DNA of 64,000 bases. Source: Candidatus Rokuibacteriota bacterium (GTDB lineage: Bacteria > Methylomirabilota > Methylomirabilia > Rokubacteriales > CSP1-6). How positions within the stretch are numbered: position 1 is the first letter of the stretch; every line of letters begins with the position of its first letter. Under the pieces are notes generated by a model. That model saw only the letters and a list, made by a program, of their open reading frames with translations, searched no databases and had not been told where the DNA came from. The DNA lies in assembly GCA_016179965.1 (NCBI GenBank), contig JACPCF010000013.1, positions 7,335-71,334 of the forward strand, read 5' to 3'. This document shows, in pieces, positions 19,436 through 28,255 of the stretch. A program made the translations under genes and the position numbers.

Positions 19436-20440
19436 ATGGGATCGGGGTACGTGGTGGCGGTGGTCGGGGCGACGGGCGCGGCGGGGAGCACGACGCTCAG
19501 GATCCTCGAGGAGCGGAAGTTCCCTGTCCGGGAGCTGCGCTGCTACGCCTCCGAGCGCTCGGTGGGAACCCGGCTGCCGTTTCGCAGGGACTCCGTCCGG
19601 GTGGAGAAGCTGGGCCCGGAGGCGTTCAAGGGGGTGGAGATCGCCTTCTTCTCGGCGGGGTCGGCCCAGTCCAAGGAGTACGCCCCCCGGGCGGTGAAGG
19701 CCGGGGCCGTGGTCGTGGACAAGTCGAGCGCCTTCCGGATGGACCCAACCGTGCCGCTCGTGGTGCCGGAGATCAACCCCCATGTGGTGAAGGGTCACTT
19801 GGGGATCGTGGCCAGCCCCAACTGCACGACCGTCGTCACGGTCATGCCGCTGAAGCCGTTGCACGATGCGGCGCGCCTCCGCCGGGTTGTGGCCACCAGC
19901 TACCAGGCAGTCTCGGGCGCCGGCGTGAGGGGCGTGGAGGAGCTCAGACGGCAGACCCTGGCCTGGGCGCGTGGCGAGGTCCTGAAGGCCGAATACTTCC
20001 CCCATCAGATCGCCTTCAACCTGATCCCTCACATCGACAAGTTCGCAGAGAATGGTTACACCGGCGAGGAATTGAAGCTCGTGAACGAGGTGCGGAAGAT
20101 CCTCGAGCTGCCGGATCTCCGCATCTCGCCCACGACGGTCCGGGTCCCCGTCTTCACCGCCCACTCGATCGCCGTGAACGTCGAGACCGAGGAGCCCGTC
20201 ACGCCCCAGCGGGCCCGGGAGCTCTTCGCCGACTTTCCCGGCCTGCGCGTCTGGGACGACCCGGAGCAGAATCGCTATCCCATGCCGGTGGTCGTGGAGG
20301 GGCAGGACGAGTGCTTCGTGGGGCGGATTCGCGCCGACCTGTCGCTGGCCAACGGGCTGAACTTCTGGGTGACCGGCGATCAGCTCCGAAAAGGCGCGGC
20401 CACGAACGCCGTCCAGATCGCCGAGCTGCTCATCCGTTAG
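19436..20440 (+). CDS. asd: Aspartate-semialdehyde dehydrogenase
   Basis: 334 aa (VAVVGATGAAG; active-site SPNCTT; YQAVSGAG). Confidence 0.95.
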   Translation: MGSGYVVAVVGATGAAGSTTLRILEERKFPVRELRCYASERSVGTRLPFRRDSVRVEKLGPEAFKGVEIAFFSAGSAQSKEYAPRAVKAGAVVVDKSSAFRMDPTVPLVVPEINPHVVKGHLGIVASPNCTTVVTVMPLKPLHDAARLRRVVATSYQAVSGAGVRGVEELRRQTLAWARGEVLKAEYFPHQIAFNLIPHIDKFAENGYTGEELKLVNEVRKILELPDLRISPTTVRVPVFTAHSIAVNVETEEPVTPQRARELFADFPGLRVWDDPEQNRYPMPVVVEGQDECFVGRIRADLSLANGLNFWVTGDQLRKGAATNAVQIAELLIR

Positions 20441-20443
20441 GGG

Positions 20444-20752
20444 GTGTCCCGAACGGTCAGGGTGCGTCGGATCAGGCGCTGGCTTCGAGGGCCCGGTCGC
20501 TTTTACCTGACCCTGTTCTTCACCGTGCTGGTCGTCGCCTACGTGGTCGTGCCCTGGATCGTGACGCTCGTGGAGACGATGAGCGGCTATGACCCGGCGT
20601 ACTACGAGCCCAAGGACCGCGAACGGCAAGACTACCTGAAGTCCCTGCCGAGCATCGCCCAGACCTTCCTGGGCTGGGAGACGACCTTCAAGCTCCTCCT
20701 CCTCGTCCTCGTCGGGCTCCTCTGGCTGATCGGCGTCCCGTTCCGCCGGTAG
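20444..20752 (+). CDS. Hypothetical small membrane protein (2 predicted TM helices)
   Basis: 102-aa ORF tightly packed between asd and truA. GTG start. Hydrophobic segments FYLTLFFTVLVVAYVVVPWIV and LLLLVLVGLLWLIGV. No family recognised. Confidence 0.45.
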   Translation: MSRTVRVRRIRRWLRGPGRFYLTLFFTVLVVAYVVVPWIVTLVETMSGYDPAYYEPKDRERQDYLKSLPSIAQTFLGWETTFKLLLLVLVGLLWLIGVPFRR

Positions 20753-20758
20753 CCGGTC

Positions 20759-21511
20759 GTGGGTCTCCGGGCTCTCCGCCTCGTCCTGGCCTATGACGGC
20801 ACCGCGTATTATGGCTGGCAGGTCCAGCCCTCCCAGCCCACGATCCAGGGGCTCCTGACCGACGCCTGCCAGCGGCTCTTCCGCGCGCCGCTCCGCGTGG
20901 TGGGGGCCAGCCGGACCGACGCGGGCGCCCACGCCCTGGGCCAAGTGGCCAGTCTGGTCGTCGAGAGCGGACTGCATCCGCTGGCGATCCGCTCGGCGCT
21001 CAACAGTTCTCTGCCCGCGGACATTCGCGTGCTCGCCGTCGCCGAGGCGCCCGCGGGATTCGACGGCCGGCGCTCGGCGCTCTCCAAGCGGTACGCCTAT
21101 CTGATCGACAACGGGCCCGTGCCCAACCCTCTCCTCGGCCGCTACGCGTGGCACGTGGCGCATCCCCTCGATCTGACCGCCATGGCGGGGGGGCTCCGGC
21201 TTCTCCGGGGCAAGCACGATTTCTCGGCCTTCTGCGCCGCCGCCGGGCGGGCCCGCACCCCCACCTGCACCGTCTATTCGGGACGGCTCCTCGCGCGTCG
21301 GGGGGTGGTGGCCGTCGTTCTCTCAGCCGACAGCTTCCTTCATCACATGGTCCGAAACGTGGTGGGGAGTCTCGTGGAGGTCGGCCGGGGAAGTCGGAGG
21401 CCGGAGTGGATGGCCGAGCTGCTCCTGGGCCGCGATCGCACCCGGGCGGGTCCCACGGCGCCGGCTCACGGCCTGACCCTGCTCCGCGTTACGTATCCGC
21501 GCCCCGCGTGA
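20759..21511 (+). CDS. truA: tRNA pseudouridine(38-40) synthase
   Basis: 250 aa (LAYDGTAYYGWQVQP; GASRTDAGAHALGQV). Confidence 0.9.
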   Translation: MGLRALRLVLAYDGTAYYGWQVQPSQPTIQGLLTDACQRLFRAPLRVVGASRTDAGAHALGQVASLVVESGLHPLAIRSALNSSLPADIRVLAVAEAPAGFDGRRSALSKRYAYLIDNGPVPNPLLGRYAWHVAHPLDLTAMAGGLRLLRGKHDFSAFCAAAGRARTPTCTVYSGRLLARRGVVAVVLSADSFLHHMVRNVVGSLVEVGRGSRRPEWMAELLLGRDRTRAGPTAPAHGLTLLRVTYPRPA

Positions 21512-21514
21512 CCC

Positions 21515-21793
21515 ATGCCCAGACGGCGTGAAGGGCGGGACCTCCCGGAGATCGTCAAGCGGCTCTTCGCCGAGGCGCGGGCCCAGTTTCCTGATCCGCG
21601 GGCGGTGAACCGGGCGCTGGTAGAGCTCTCGCGCTTCTATGATGCGGTCTCCGGGGGCGTCATCGTGGAGCACGCCACCAGGCGCCGCATCGTCGAGCTG
21701 CTCGAAAAGGGCCAGACCGAGGAGGCCCGGCGCGCGCTGGAGGAACGGTTCGAGGAGTATTCCCGGAGTTTTAAGCCCGGCGACGAAAAGTGA
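21515..21793 (+). CDS. Hypothetical protein (92 aa, helical, charged)
   Basis: ORF starts 4 nt after the truA stop. No family recognised. Confidence 0.4.
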   Translation: MPRRREGRDLPEIVKRLFAEARAQFPDPRAVNRALVELSRFYDAVSGGVIVEHATRRRIVELLEKGQTEEARRALEERFEEYSRSFKPGDEK

Positions 21794-21826
21794 CTGAGGA
21801 GTCGTTCACCTTCCGTATTTTCCCCC

Positions 21827-21855
21827 TTGACAGGGTGGGCCAGTTTCATTACTAA
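21827..21855 (+). promoter_or_regulatory. Candidate sigma70 promoter of the fdh operon (TTGACA-17-TACTAA)
   Basis: Consensus -35 at 21827-21832 and -10 at 21850-21855, inside an unusually AT-rich patch (CAGTTTCATTACTAATTACGCTAAGTTGAG). Confidence 0.5.
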
Positions 21856-21917
21856 TTACGCTAAGTTGAGCCGACACCACGGGAAAATGATCACAAGGAA
21901 CGACCTCCGAAAGGGGT

Positions 21918-24900
21918 GTGACCATGGCCCTTTCACGGCGTGACTTACTGAAGTACGGCGGCGCAACGGCGGCGGGAGTGCTCGCCGGCGGGCGCGCGCT
22001 CGACCTGGGCGCCGTCGAGTCCTTCGCCACGTCCATCCGGATCAAGGAAGCGAAGGCGTTTCCTGGCGTGTGTCCTTATTGCGCGGTGGGGTGCGCCCAG
22101 CTGATCTACGTTAAGGATGGAAAGATCATTGACATCGAGGGCGACCCCAGCACCCCGCACACCGAGGGCGCCCTCTGTCCGAAGGGCTCCTCCACCTACC
22201 AGCTGTCGATCAACGAGCGTCGCTGGACGAAGGGCATGTACCGCGCGCCTGGGAGCGACAAGTGGGAGGCGAAGCCGCTGGACTGGATGATGGAGCAGAT
22301 CGCCCAGCGGATCAAGAAGACTCGCGACGAGACCTTCGTCGAGAAGGTGAAGGTCGGCGACAGGGCGGTCACGGTCAACCGTTGCGAAGGGATCGCCTGG
22401 CTCGGCTCCTCGGTCCTCGACAACGAGGAGAACTACCTGATCGCCAAGCTCTCCCGCGCCATGGGCCTGGTGAACCTGGAGAACTCGGCGCGCCTCTGCC
22501 ACTCGGCGACGGTGCCGGCCCTGGGCGCCACCTTCGGCCGCGGGGCGATGACGACCAACCTGATCGACGTCATCAACGCCGACGTGATCATGCCCACGTC
22601 CAACTGGGCCGAGTGCCACCCGGTCAGCTACAAGTGGGTCATGAAGGCCAAGGAGCGTGGGACGAAGATCATCCATGTCGATCCGCGCTTCACCCGGACC
22701 TCGGCGACCGCCGACATCTGGGTCCCGATCCGCTCGGGAACCAACATCGTGTACTTCGGCGGGCTGATCCGCTACGCGATCGAGAGCAAGAAGTACTTCC
22801 ACGACTACGTCGTCAACTACACCAACGCCGCCTTCCTCGTGGACCCGGCCTTCAAGACCCCGACGGACCTCAACGGGCTCTTCACCGGCTACGATAAGAC
22901 CAAGCGGAGCTACGACCAGACCACGTGGAAGTTCCAGCTGGATGAGAACGGCTATCCCAAGCAGGACCCGACGCTCCGCGATCCCAACTGCGTCTTCCAG
23001 CTCCTCCGGCGCCACTACAGCCGCTACACCCCCGAGATGGTGGAGCGGGTCTGCGGGATCCCCAAGGACCTGTTCCTGAAGGTGGCGGACACGTTCTGCT
23101 CGGCCTCGGGGCCGGACAAGACCGCGACGATCTCGTACGCGCTCCAGTTGAACCAGTCCACCAACGGCGTCCAGCAGATCCGGTCGCTCTGCATGCTCCA
23201 GCTCATCCTGGGGAACGTCGGCCGGCCCGGCGGTGGCGTGGTCGCCCTTCGCGGCCACTCCAACGTCCAGGGCGCCACGGACTTCGGGACCCTCTACCAC
23301 ATGCTCCCGGGCTATCCGCCCATGCCGCTCCAGGGGCCTCACCCGACGCTGATGGATTATCTGGAGAAGACGACGCCCAAGGGCGGGTTCTGGGTCAACA
23401 ACCCCAAGTTCGTCGTGAGCCAGCTGAAGGCGTGGTGGGGGCCCGCGGCGACCAAGGAGAACGACTACGCCTACGACTACCTCCCCAAGCGGGAGAAGGC
23501 CGACGCCTACTCCCACCAGCACTTCATCGTGGGGATGTACAAGAAGACGGTCAAGGGGTTCATCTGCATGGGGCAGAACCCGGCCGTGGACAGCCCCAAC
23601 GCCAAGATGAGCCGGGCGGCCCTCCGGAACCTGGAGTGGCTCGTGGTGGTGGACCTCTTCGAGACCGACACCGCAGCCGTCTGGAAGGAGCCCGGGGTCG
23701 ATCCCAAGGCCTCCAAGGTGGAGGTGTTCTTCATCCCGGGCGCGCCGGCGGCGGAGAAGGACGGCTCCATCACCAACACCATGCGGTTGGCCCAGTGGCA
23801 CACCAAGGCCGTCGAGCCACCGGGAGACGCCCGCTCGGACGCGGCCTTCGTCGTGGACGTGGGGAACCGGCTGAAGGCGCTCTACAAGGACTCCACGGCC
23901 AGGAAGGACGGGCCGGTCCTCGACCTCGTGTGGGACTACCAGCCCCAAGGGCCCAAGAAGGAGCCCAAGATGGAGCTGGTGCTGAAGGAGATCAACGGTT
24001 ACGCGACCGATGAGATCAAGGACAAGGACGGCAAGGTCCTCTTCAAGAAGGATGATCACCTCAAAGGCTTCATCCAGCTCAGGGACGATGGCCTGACGGC
24101 GTGCGGCGACTGGATCTACGGCGGCATTTACCCGGAGGAGGGGAAGAACCTCGCCGCCCGCCGCGAGCGGACGAAGGAAGGCGACTACCTCGCCCACGAG
24201 TGGGGCTTCGTCTGGCCTGCCAACCGCCGGATCCTCTACAACCGCTGCTCGGCGGACCCCTCGGGCAAGCCGTGGAGCGAGAAGAAGAAGCTCATCTGGT
24301 GGGATGCGGAGCAGAAGAAATGGGTCGGGCTGGACGTGCCCGACTTCGGCCTGGCCATGGCGCCGGACGCGCCGCGGGCCAAGGAGGGGCCGCTCAAGGG
24401 GATCAGCGGTATCGACGCGTTCATCATGAACCCCCACGGCAAGGGGCAGTTCTTTGCTTCCATCGTGGACGGCCCCTTCCCCGAGCATTACGAGCCGTTC
24501 GAGTCGCCGACGAAGAACCTCCTGTCCAAAGTGGACAACAACCCAGTCGCCAAGGTGTACGACATCGGCGACCTGAACAAGCTCGGCACGCCCGACAAGT
24601 ACCCGTATATCCTGACCACGTATCGGCTCACCGAGCACCATGCGGCCGGCATGTCGCGGCATGTGCCGTGGCTCTCCGAGCTCTTCTACGGCCACTTCGC
24701 CGAGATCGGCCCGGAGATGGCCAAGGAGCTCGGGATCAAGAACGGCGACGAGATCACGGTGGAGACGCCGCGGGCCAAGATCAAGGTCAAGGCCATGGTG
24801 ACGGAGCGGATCAGGCCGTTCATCATCAACGGCAAGAAGGTCTACCAGGTCGGGATCCCCTGGCACTGGGGCTACCAAGGGGTCATGCGCTCGGCCCGGG

Positions 24901-25001
24901 GGGACATCACCAACGACCTGGTGGCGAGCCTCGGAGACCCCACGACGTTCATTCAGGAGTCCAAAGCGCTCCTCTGCAACGTGCGGAAGGGGGTGGCGTA
25001 A
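21918..25001 (+). CDS. fdnG: Formate dehydrogenase-N/O-type catalytic (alpha) subunit, Tat-exported, Cys variant
   Basis: Tat signal SRRDLLKYGG, FeS motif CPYCAVGC...C, and active-site context SARLCHS...GRGAMTTN, which I recall as ARVUHG in E. coli FdnG. The codon at 22497-22499 is TGC, not TGA. Start is GTG 21918 or ATG 21924. Confidence 0.88.
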   Translation: MTMALSRRDLLKYGGATAAGVLAGGRALDLGAVESFATSIRIKEAKAFPGVCPYCAVGCAQLIYVKDGKIIDIEGDPSTPHTEGALCPKGSSTYQLSINERRWTKGMYRAPGSDKWEAKPLDWMMEQIAQRIKKTRDETFVEKVKVGDRAVTVNRCEGIAWLGSSVLDNEENYLIAKLSRAMGLVNLENSARLCHSATVPALGATFGRGAMTTNLIDVINADVIMPTSNWAECHPVSYKWVMKAKERGTKIIHVDPRFTRTSATADIWVPIRSGTNIVYFGGLIRYAIESKKYFHDYVVNYTNAAFLVDPAFKTPTDLNGLFTGYDKTKRSYDQTTWKFQLDENGYPKQDPTLRDPNCVFQLLRRHYSRYTPEMVERVCGIPKDLFLKVADTFCSASGPDKTATISYALQLNQSTNGVQQIRSLCMLQLILGNVGRPGGGVVALRGHSNVQGATDFGTLYHMLPGYPPMPLQGPHPTLMDYLEKTTPKGGFWVNNPKFVVSQLKAWWGPAATKENDYAYDYLPKREKADAYSHQHFIVGMYKKTVKGFICMGQNPAVDSPNAKMSRAALRNLEWLVVVDLFETDTAAVWKEPGVDPKASKVEVFFIPGAPAAEKDGSITNTMRLAQWHTKAVEPPGDARSDAAFVVDVGNRLKALYKDSTARKDGPVLDLVWDYQPQGPKKEPKMELVLKEINGYATDEIKDKDGKVLFKKDDHLKGFIQLRDDGLTACGDWIYGGIYPEEGKNLAARRERTKEGDYLAHEWGFVWPANRRILYNRCSADPSGKPWSEKKKLIWWDAEQKKWVGLDVPDFGLAMAPDAPRAKEGPLKGISGIDAFIMNPHGKGQFFASIVDGPFPEHYEPFESPTKNLLSKVDNNPVAKVYDIGDLNKLGTPDKYPYILTTYRLTEHHAAGMSRHVPWLSELFYGHFAEIGPEMAKELGIKNGDEITVETPRAKIKVKAMVTERIRPFIINGKKVYQVGIPWHWGYQGVMRSARGDITNDLVASLGDPTTFIQESKALLCNVRKGVA

Positions 25002-25769
25002 ATGGCGCGCACGGTCGCGATGTTCACGGACATCTCCCTGTGCATCGGCTGTCGGGCCTGCCAGGTTGCCTGCAAGCAGTGGAACCAGCTCCCGGCAGAG
25101 GAGCCCGAGTGGACGGGCACGTACCAGAACCACGCCCACTTTACCGATAAGAGCTACCGCTTGGTGAGGTTCATCGAGCAGAAGGACGACAAGGGCGGCC
25201 TCCAGTGGCACATGATGTCCGACGTCTGCAAGCACTGCGCCCAGGCGGGGTGCCTCGAGGCCTGCCCCACCGGGGCCATCTACCGGACCCAGTATGGGAC
25301 GGTCAACATCAACCAGGACATCTGTAACGGCTGCCGGTACTGCGTGTCGGCCTGCCCGTTCGGCGTGGTGGCCTTCAACCACGACACCGGGCGCGCCAAC
25401 AAGTGCACGTTCTGTAACGACCGGCTCCACAACGGCCTCGGCCCGGCCTGCGCCAAGGCCTGCCCGACCGAATCCATCGCGTTCGGCTTCAGGGACGAGC
25501 TGGCGGCCAAGGCCAGGAAGCGGGTCGAGACGCTGAAGAAGATGGGGTACAAGAACGCCCAGCTCTACGGCGAGGACCAGAACGGTCCCCTGGGCGGCCT
25601 CAACGCGTTCTTCCTCCTCCTGGACAGGCCCTCGGTGTACGGCTTGCCGGAGAAGCCGCGGCTCCCCCAGAACAACGTCCTCGTGGACTCGCTCCTGTCC
25701 ATCGGCTCGGCCCTGCTGGTCGGGGTCGGCGCGCTGGTGGCCTTCAGGGAGCGGGGTGGAAAGGAGTAG
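25002..25769 (+). CDS. fdnH: Formate dehydrogenase iron-sulfur (beta) subunit, FdnH-like
   Basis: Several CxxCxxCxxxC ferredoxin motifs (CIGCRACQVAC, CKHCAQAGCLEAC, CNGCRYCVSAC) and a C-terminal TM helix. Starts at the nt after the alpha-subunit stop. Confidence 0.88.
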   Translation: MARTVAMFTDISLCIGCRACQVACKQWNQLPAEEPEWTGTYQNHAHFTDKSYRLVRFIEQKDDKGGLQWHMMSDVCKHCAQAGCLEACPTGAIYRTQYGTVNINQDICNGCRYCVSACPFGVVAFNHDTGRANKCTFCNDRLHNGLGPACAKACPTESIAFGFRDELAAKARKRVETLKKMGYKNAQLYGEDQNGPLGGLNAFFLLLDRPSVYGLPEKPRLPQNNVLVDSLLSIGSALLVGVGALVAFRERGGKE

Positions 25770-25772
25770 CCG

Positions 25773-26699
25773 ATGCCGCTCCTCCAGAGCGCGGATTGGC
25801 CGCTTCTGATCGACCTCTACTTCTTCCTCGCGGGGCTGGCCGGCGGGGCGTTCGTGATTGCCACCATCGCCCACCTCGTGGGGGGGGAGCGCAGCCGCAA
25901 TGTTGTCAGGGTCGGCTATTACGTGTCCCTCCTCGCCCTGATCCCCGCGCCCGTCTTGCTCACCGTTGACCTGGGGGTGCCCAGCCGGTTCATGCATATG
26001 CTCGCGGTCACCAAGCCCGATCCCACGATCGGCATGTCCGCGATCAACATTGGGTCGCTCCATATCAAACCGTTTTCGCCGATGAACATGGGGGCCTGGG
26101 CCCTCCTCGGATTCGGCGTGCTCGCGTTCCTCGCCGCGCTCTCCGTGTTTCTCGAGGACACCAAGCGGGGGCGGGACCTCTCGGCCCTGCGCACCACCGT
26201 GGGGGTCATCGGCGGGTTCTTCGGCTTCTTCCTGGCGGCCTATCCCGGCGTGCTCCTCGGGGCCACGGCGCGGCCGCTCTTCCAGAGCGCGAGCTTCCTC
26301 GGCGCCCTGTTCCTGGCCGTCGGCGCCAGCACCGGAGCGGCGGCCATCGCGCTGATCCTCTCCTTCGTGGGCCAGGAGGCCGGCGGCGCCCTGAGCCGGC
26401 TCCGGCAGATCATCATCCCGGTCCTGCTCCTTCAGGCCGTCACGCTGGCTCTTTTCCTCGTGAAGGTCGGGATGTCGGGGGGCGAGGGCACGGCGCAGTC
26501 GCTGGCGCTGCTCCTGAGCGGCCCTTACAGCCTGATCTTCTGGGTCGGGGCGGTGGCCGTCGGCCTGATCGTGCCCTTCGTCCTTCAGCTCGCCTCGCGC
26601 CAGCCGGGGCTCGTGGCGATCTCGGCGGTCCTCATCCTGGTCGGCGGCTTCCTGGTCAAGTACGTCATCATCGCGGCCGGCCAGGTGGTGCTGTCCTAG
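25773..26699 (+). CDS. NrfD/PsrC-family integral membrane quinone-interacting subunit
   Basis: 308-aa polytopic protein. The N-terminus WPLLIDLYFFLAGLAGGAF is typical of the NrfD family. It occupies the position of the FDH membrane anchor. Confidence 0.8.
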   Translation: MPLLQSADWPLLIDLYFFLAGLAGGAFVIATIAHLVGGERSRNVVRVGYYVSLLALIPAPVLLTVDLGVPSRFMHMLAVTKPDPTIGMSAINIGSLHIKPFSPMNMGAWALLGFGVLAFLAALSVFLEDTKRGRDLSALRTTVGVIGGFFGFFLAAYPGVLLGATARPLFQSASFLGALFLAVGASTGAAAIALILSFVGQEAGGALSRLRQIIIPVLLLQAVTLALFLVKVGMSGGEGTAQSLALLLSGPYSLIFWVGAVAVGLIVPFVLQLASRQPGLVAISAVLILVGGFLVKYVIIAAGQVVLS

Positions 26700-26721
26700 C
26701 TTCGCGCAGCGTTCGGATGGT

Positions 26722-26755
26722 GAAGGGGTCCCTCCGCGGGGCCCCTTCGTTTTTC
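26722..26755 (+). terminator. Rho-independent terminator after the NrfD-like gene
   Basis: GAAGGGGTCCC-TCCGC-GGGGCCCCTTC (11 bp including one U:G pair) followed by GTTTTTC. Confidence 0.7.
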
Positions 26756-26762
26756 GAGACGG

Positions 26763-27419
26763 ATGGAACACCTGACCTCGGATCGGCTCAAGCGGGAGCA
26801 GGAGAAGACGGTCGCCTCGCCGCGGATGCGGTATGGCCTCCTGTCGCGCGTCCTATTCCTCGCGATGGACCTCCTCTATGGCCGCCGGAGGACGCTCTCG
26901 AAGTTCAAGGTCCTCGAAATCATCGCCCGGGTCCCCTACCAGTCCTGGGAACACGTCGCGTACATCGCGATCACCCACACCCACGCCTACCCGGACTTTG
27001 CCCGCCGCGTGTTCGACCGCGTCAAGGAGAGCCGGATCCAGCAGGACAACGAGCAATGGCACCTGCTGATCCTGGAGGAGCTCACCGACAAGAAGGGCAT
27101 CCACGAGAATTTCGTTCGGTACCGGTTCATCCCCCAGGTGATCGCGTTCGGGTACTATCACATCTCGTGGCTCCTCTACGTGATCCGGCCCGAGTGGAGC
27201 TATCTGATGAACGCCCACTTCGAGGATCACGCCGAGCACGAGTACATGGAATACGTGGCGGAGAACGCCACCCTGGAGAGGGAGCCCTTCGAAAGTATGT
27301 TTGCTGACGACTACGGCAACTTCGCCTCCCTGGCCGACCTCTTCCGGCAGATTGGGTTCGACGAGCGGGTGCACAAGGAGGAGAGCCTGGCGCGGATCGC
27401 CAGCGCGCGCTTCCGTTAA
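26763..27419 (+). CDS. Alternative oxidase / plastid terminal oxidase (AOX/PTOX)-like di-iron carboxylate protein
   Basis: The four motifs are in canonical order: LEIIARVPY (E52), NEQWHLLILEEL (E97xxH100), FEDHAEHEY (E154), FDERVHKEE (E201xxH204). 218 aa. Alternative start ATG 26826. Confidence 0.7.
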   Translation: MEHLTSDRLKREQEKTVASPRMRYGLLSRVLFLAMDLLYGRRRTLSKFKVLEIIARVPYQSWEHVAYIAITHTHAYPDFARRVFDRVKESRIQQDNEQWHLLILEELTDKKGIHENFVRYRFIPQVIAFGYYHISWLLYVIRPEWSYLMNAHFEDHAEHEYMEYVAENATLEREPFESMFADDYGNFASLADLFRQIGFDERVHKEESLARIASARFR

Positions 27420-27473
27420 GAAAGGCCACCGTGGACGTGTTGGCCAGAGCGCGATGGCAAGTGCTAAGATCAG

Positions 27474-27482
27474 TGTTAGAAT
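27474..27482 (+). promoter_or_regulatory. Extended -10-like element TGTTAGAAT upstream of fdhD
   Basis: TGnTAGAAT ends 9 nt before the fdhD ATG, implying a very short or absent leader. The identical 9-mer occurs at 30013-30021. Confidence 0.3.
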
Positions 27483-27491
27483 ACCGATAGT

Positions 27492-28247
27492 ATGCGGAGC
27501 TTCGTCCGGTTCCACGGCGGGAAGGCGGAAGAGGTCAAGGGGGACGTCGTCCGCGAGCAGCCGCTCGTGATCTACGTCAACGACACGAAGTTCCTCACCC
27601 TCCTCTGCACTCCCCTGAAGCTCGACTGCCTGGTGGTGGGGTACCTCTGGCTGGAGAAGGTCATCGCGTCGCTCGACGAGATCAGGCGCCTCGACGTCTC
27701 GGAAGTGGACGGGCGGGCGGACGTGACTCTCACGCGCGAGGTCGAGCTCCCCACCGAGCGCATCCTCACTTCCGGCTGCGGGGGCGGCATCACCTTCCGG
27801 ATCGACCCGCGTCTGTTCCCGCGGATCCGCTCCTCGCTCCGGGTGCGCCCCCAGCAGCTCTTCGAGCGGATGAAGGAGCTCTTTGCCGCGGCGGTGAACT
27901 ACCGCGCGTCGCGCGGGATCCATGGCGCGGCCCTCAGCGACCGGAATCGGCTGCTGGTGGTCGCCGAAGACGTGGGACGCCACAACGCCGTGGACAAGAT
28001 CAAGGGGGAGGCGCTCCTCAAGGGGATTCCCACGGCCGATCGGATCCTCCTGTCCACCGGGCGCATCTCCTCCGAGATGCTCCTGAAGGCGGCGCGGATG
28101 GGCGTGCCTCTGGTGGCGTCGCGAACCTCCCCGACGGAGATGGCCGTGAGCCTCGCCGAGCAGCTCGGCATCACCGTGGTGGGGTACCTCCGACCCGAAA
28201 GCCTGAACGTCTACGCCGGCGACGCCGTCCTCCTGGATGTCCGCTGA
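27492..28247 (+). CDS. fdhD: Formate dehydrogenase accessory sulfurtransferase FdhD
   Basis: 251 aa (SGCGGG; GIHGAAL; VAEDVGRHNAVDKIKG). Confidence 0.9.
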   Translation: MRSFVRFHGGKAEEVKGDVVREQPLVIYVNDTKFLTLLCTPLKLDCLVVGYLWLEKVIASLDEIRRLDVSEVDGRADVTLTREVELPTERILTSGCGGGITFRIDPRLFPRIRSSLRVRPQQLFERMKELFAAAVNYRASRGIHGAALSDRNRLLVVAEDVGRHNAVDKIKGEALLKGIPTADRILLSTGRISSEMLLKAARMGVPLVASRTSPTEMAVSLAEQLGITVVGYLRPESLNVYAGDAVLLDVR

Positions 28248-28255
28248 CGGCGCGC

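Noticed and set aside
22497-22499. Possible selenocysteine recoding in the formate dehydrogenase alpha subunit.
   Set aside because: The codon at the Sec-equivalent position is TGC (Cys). The 1027-codon frame has no internal TGA, so no SECIS element needs to be invoked.
21945-26771. 1608-aa ORF on the minus strand spanning the whole fdh operon. Similar long antisense ORFs occur at 6521-8998, 16335-17768, 17656-19491, 39046-41022 and 55754-57679.
   Set aside because: These are shadow ORFs typical of G+C-rich DNA. They have Arg/Gly/Pro/Asp/His-rich low-complexity translations and no recognisable motifs. In every case the opposite strand encodes a protein with clear family signatures and operon-style start/stop overlaps.
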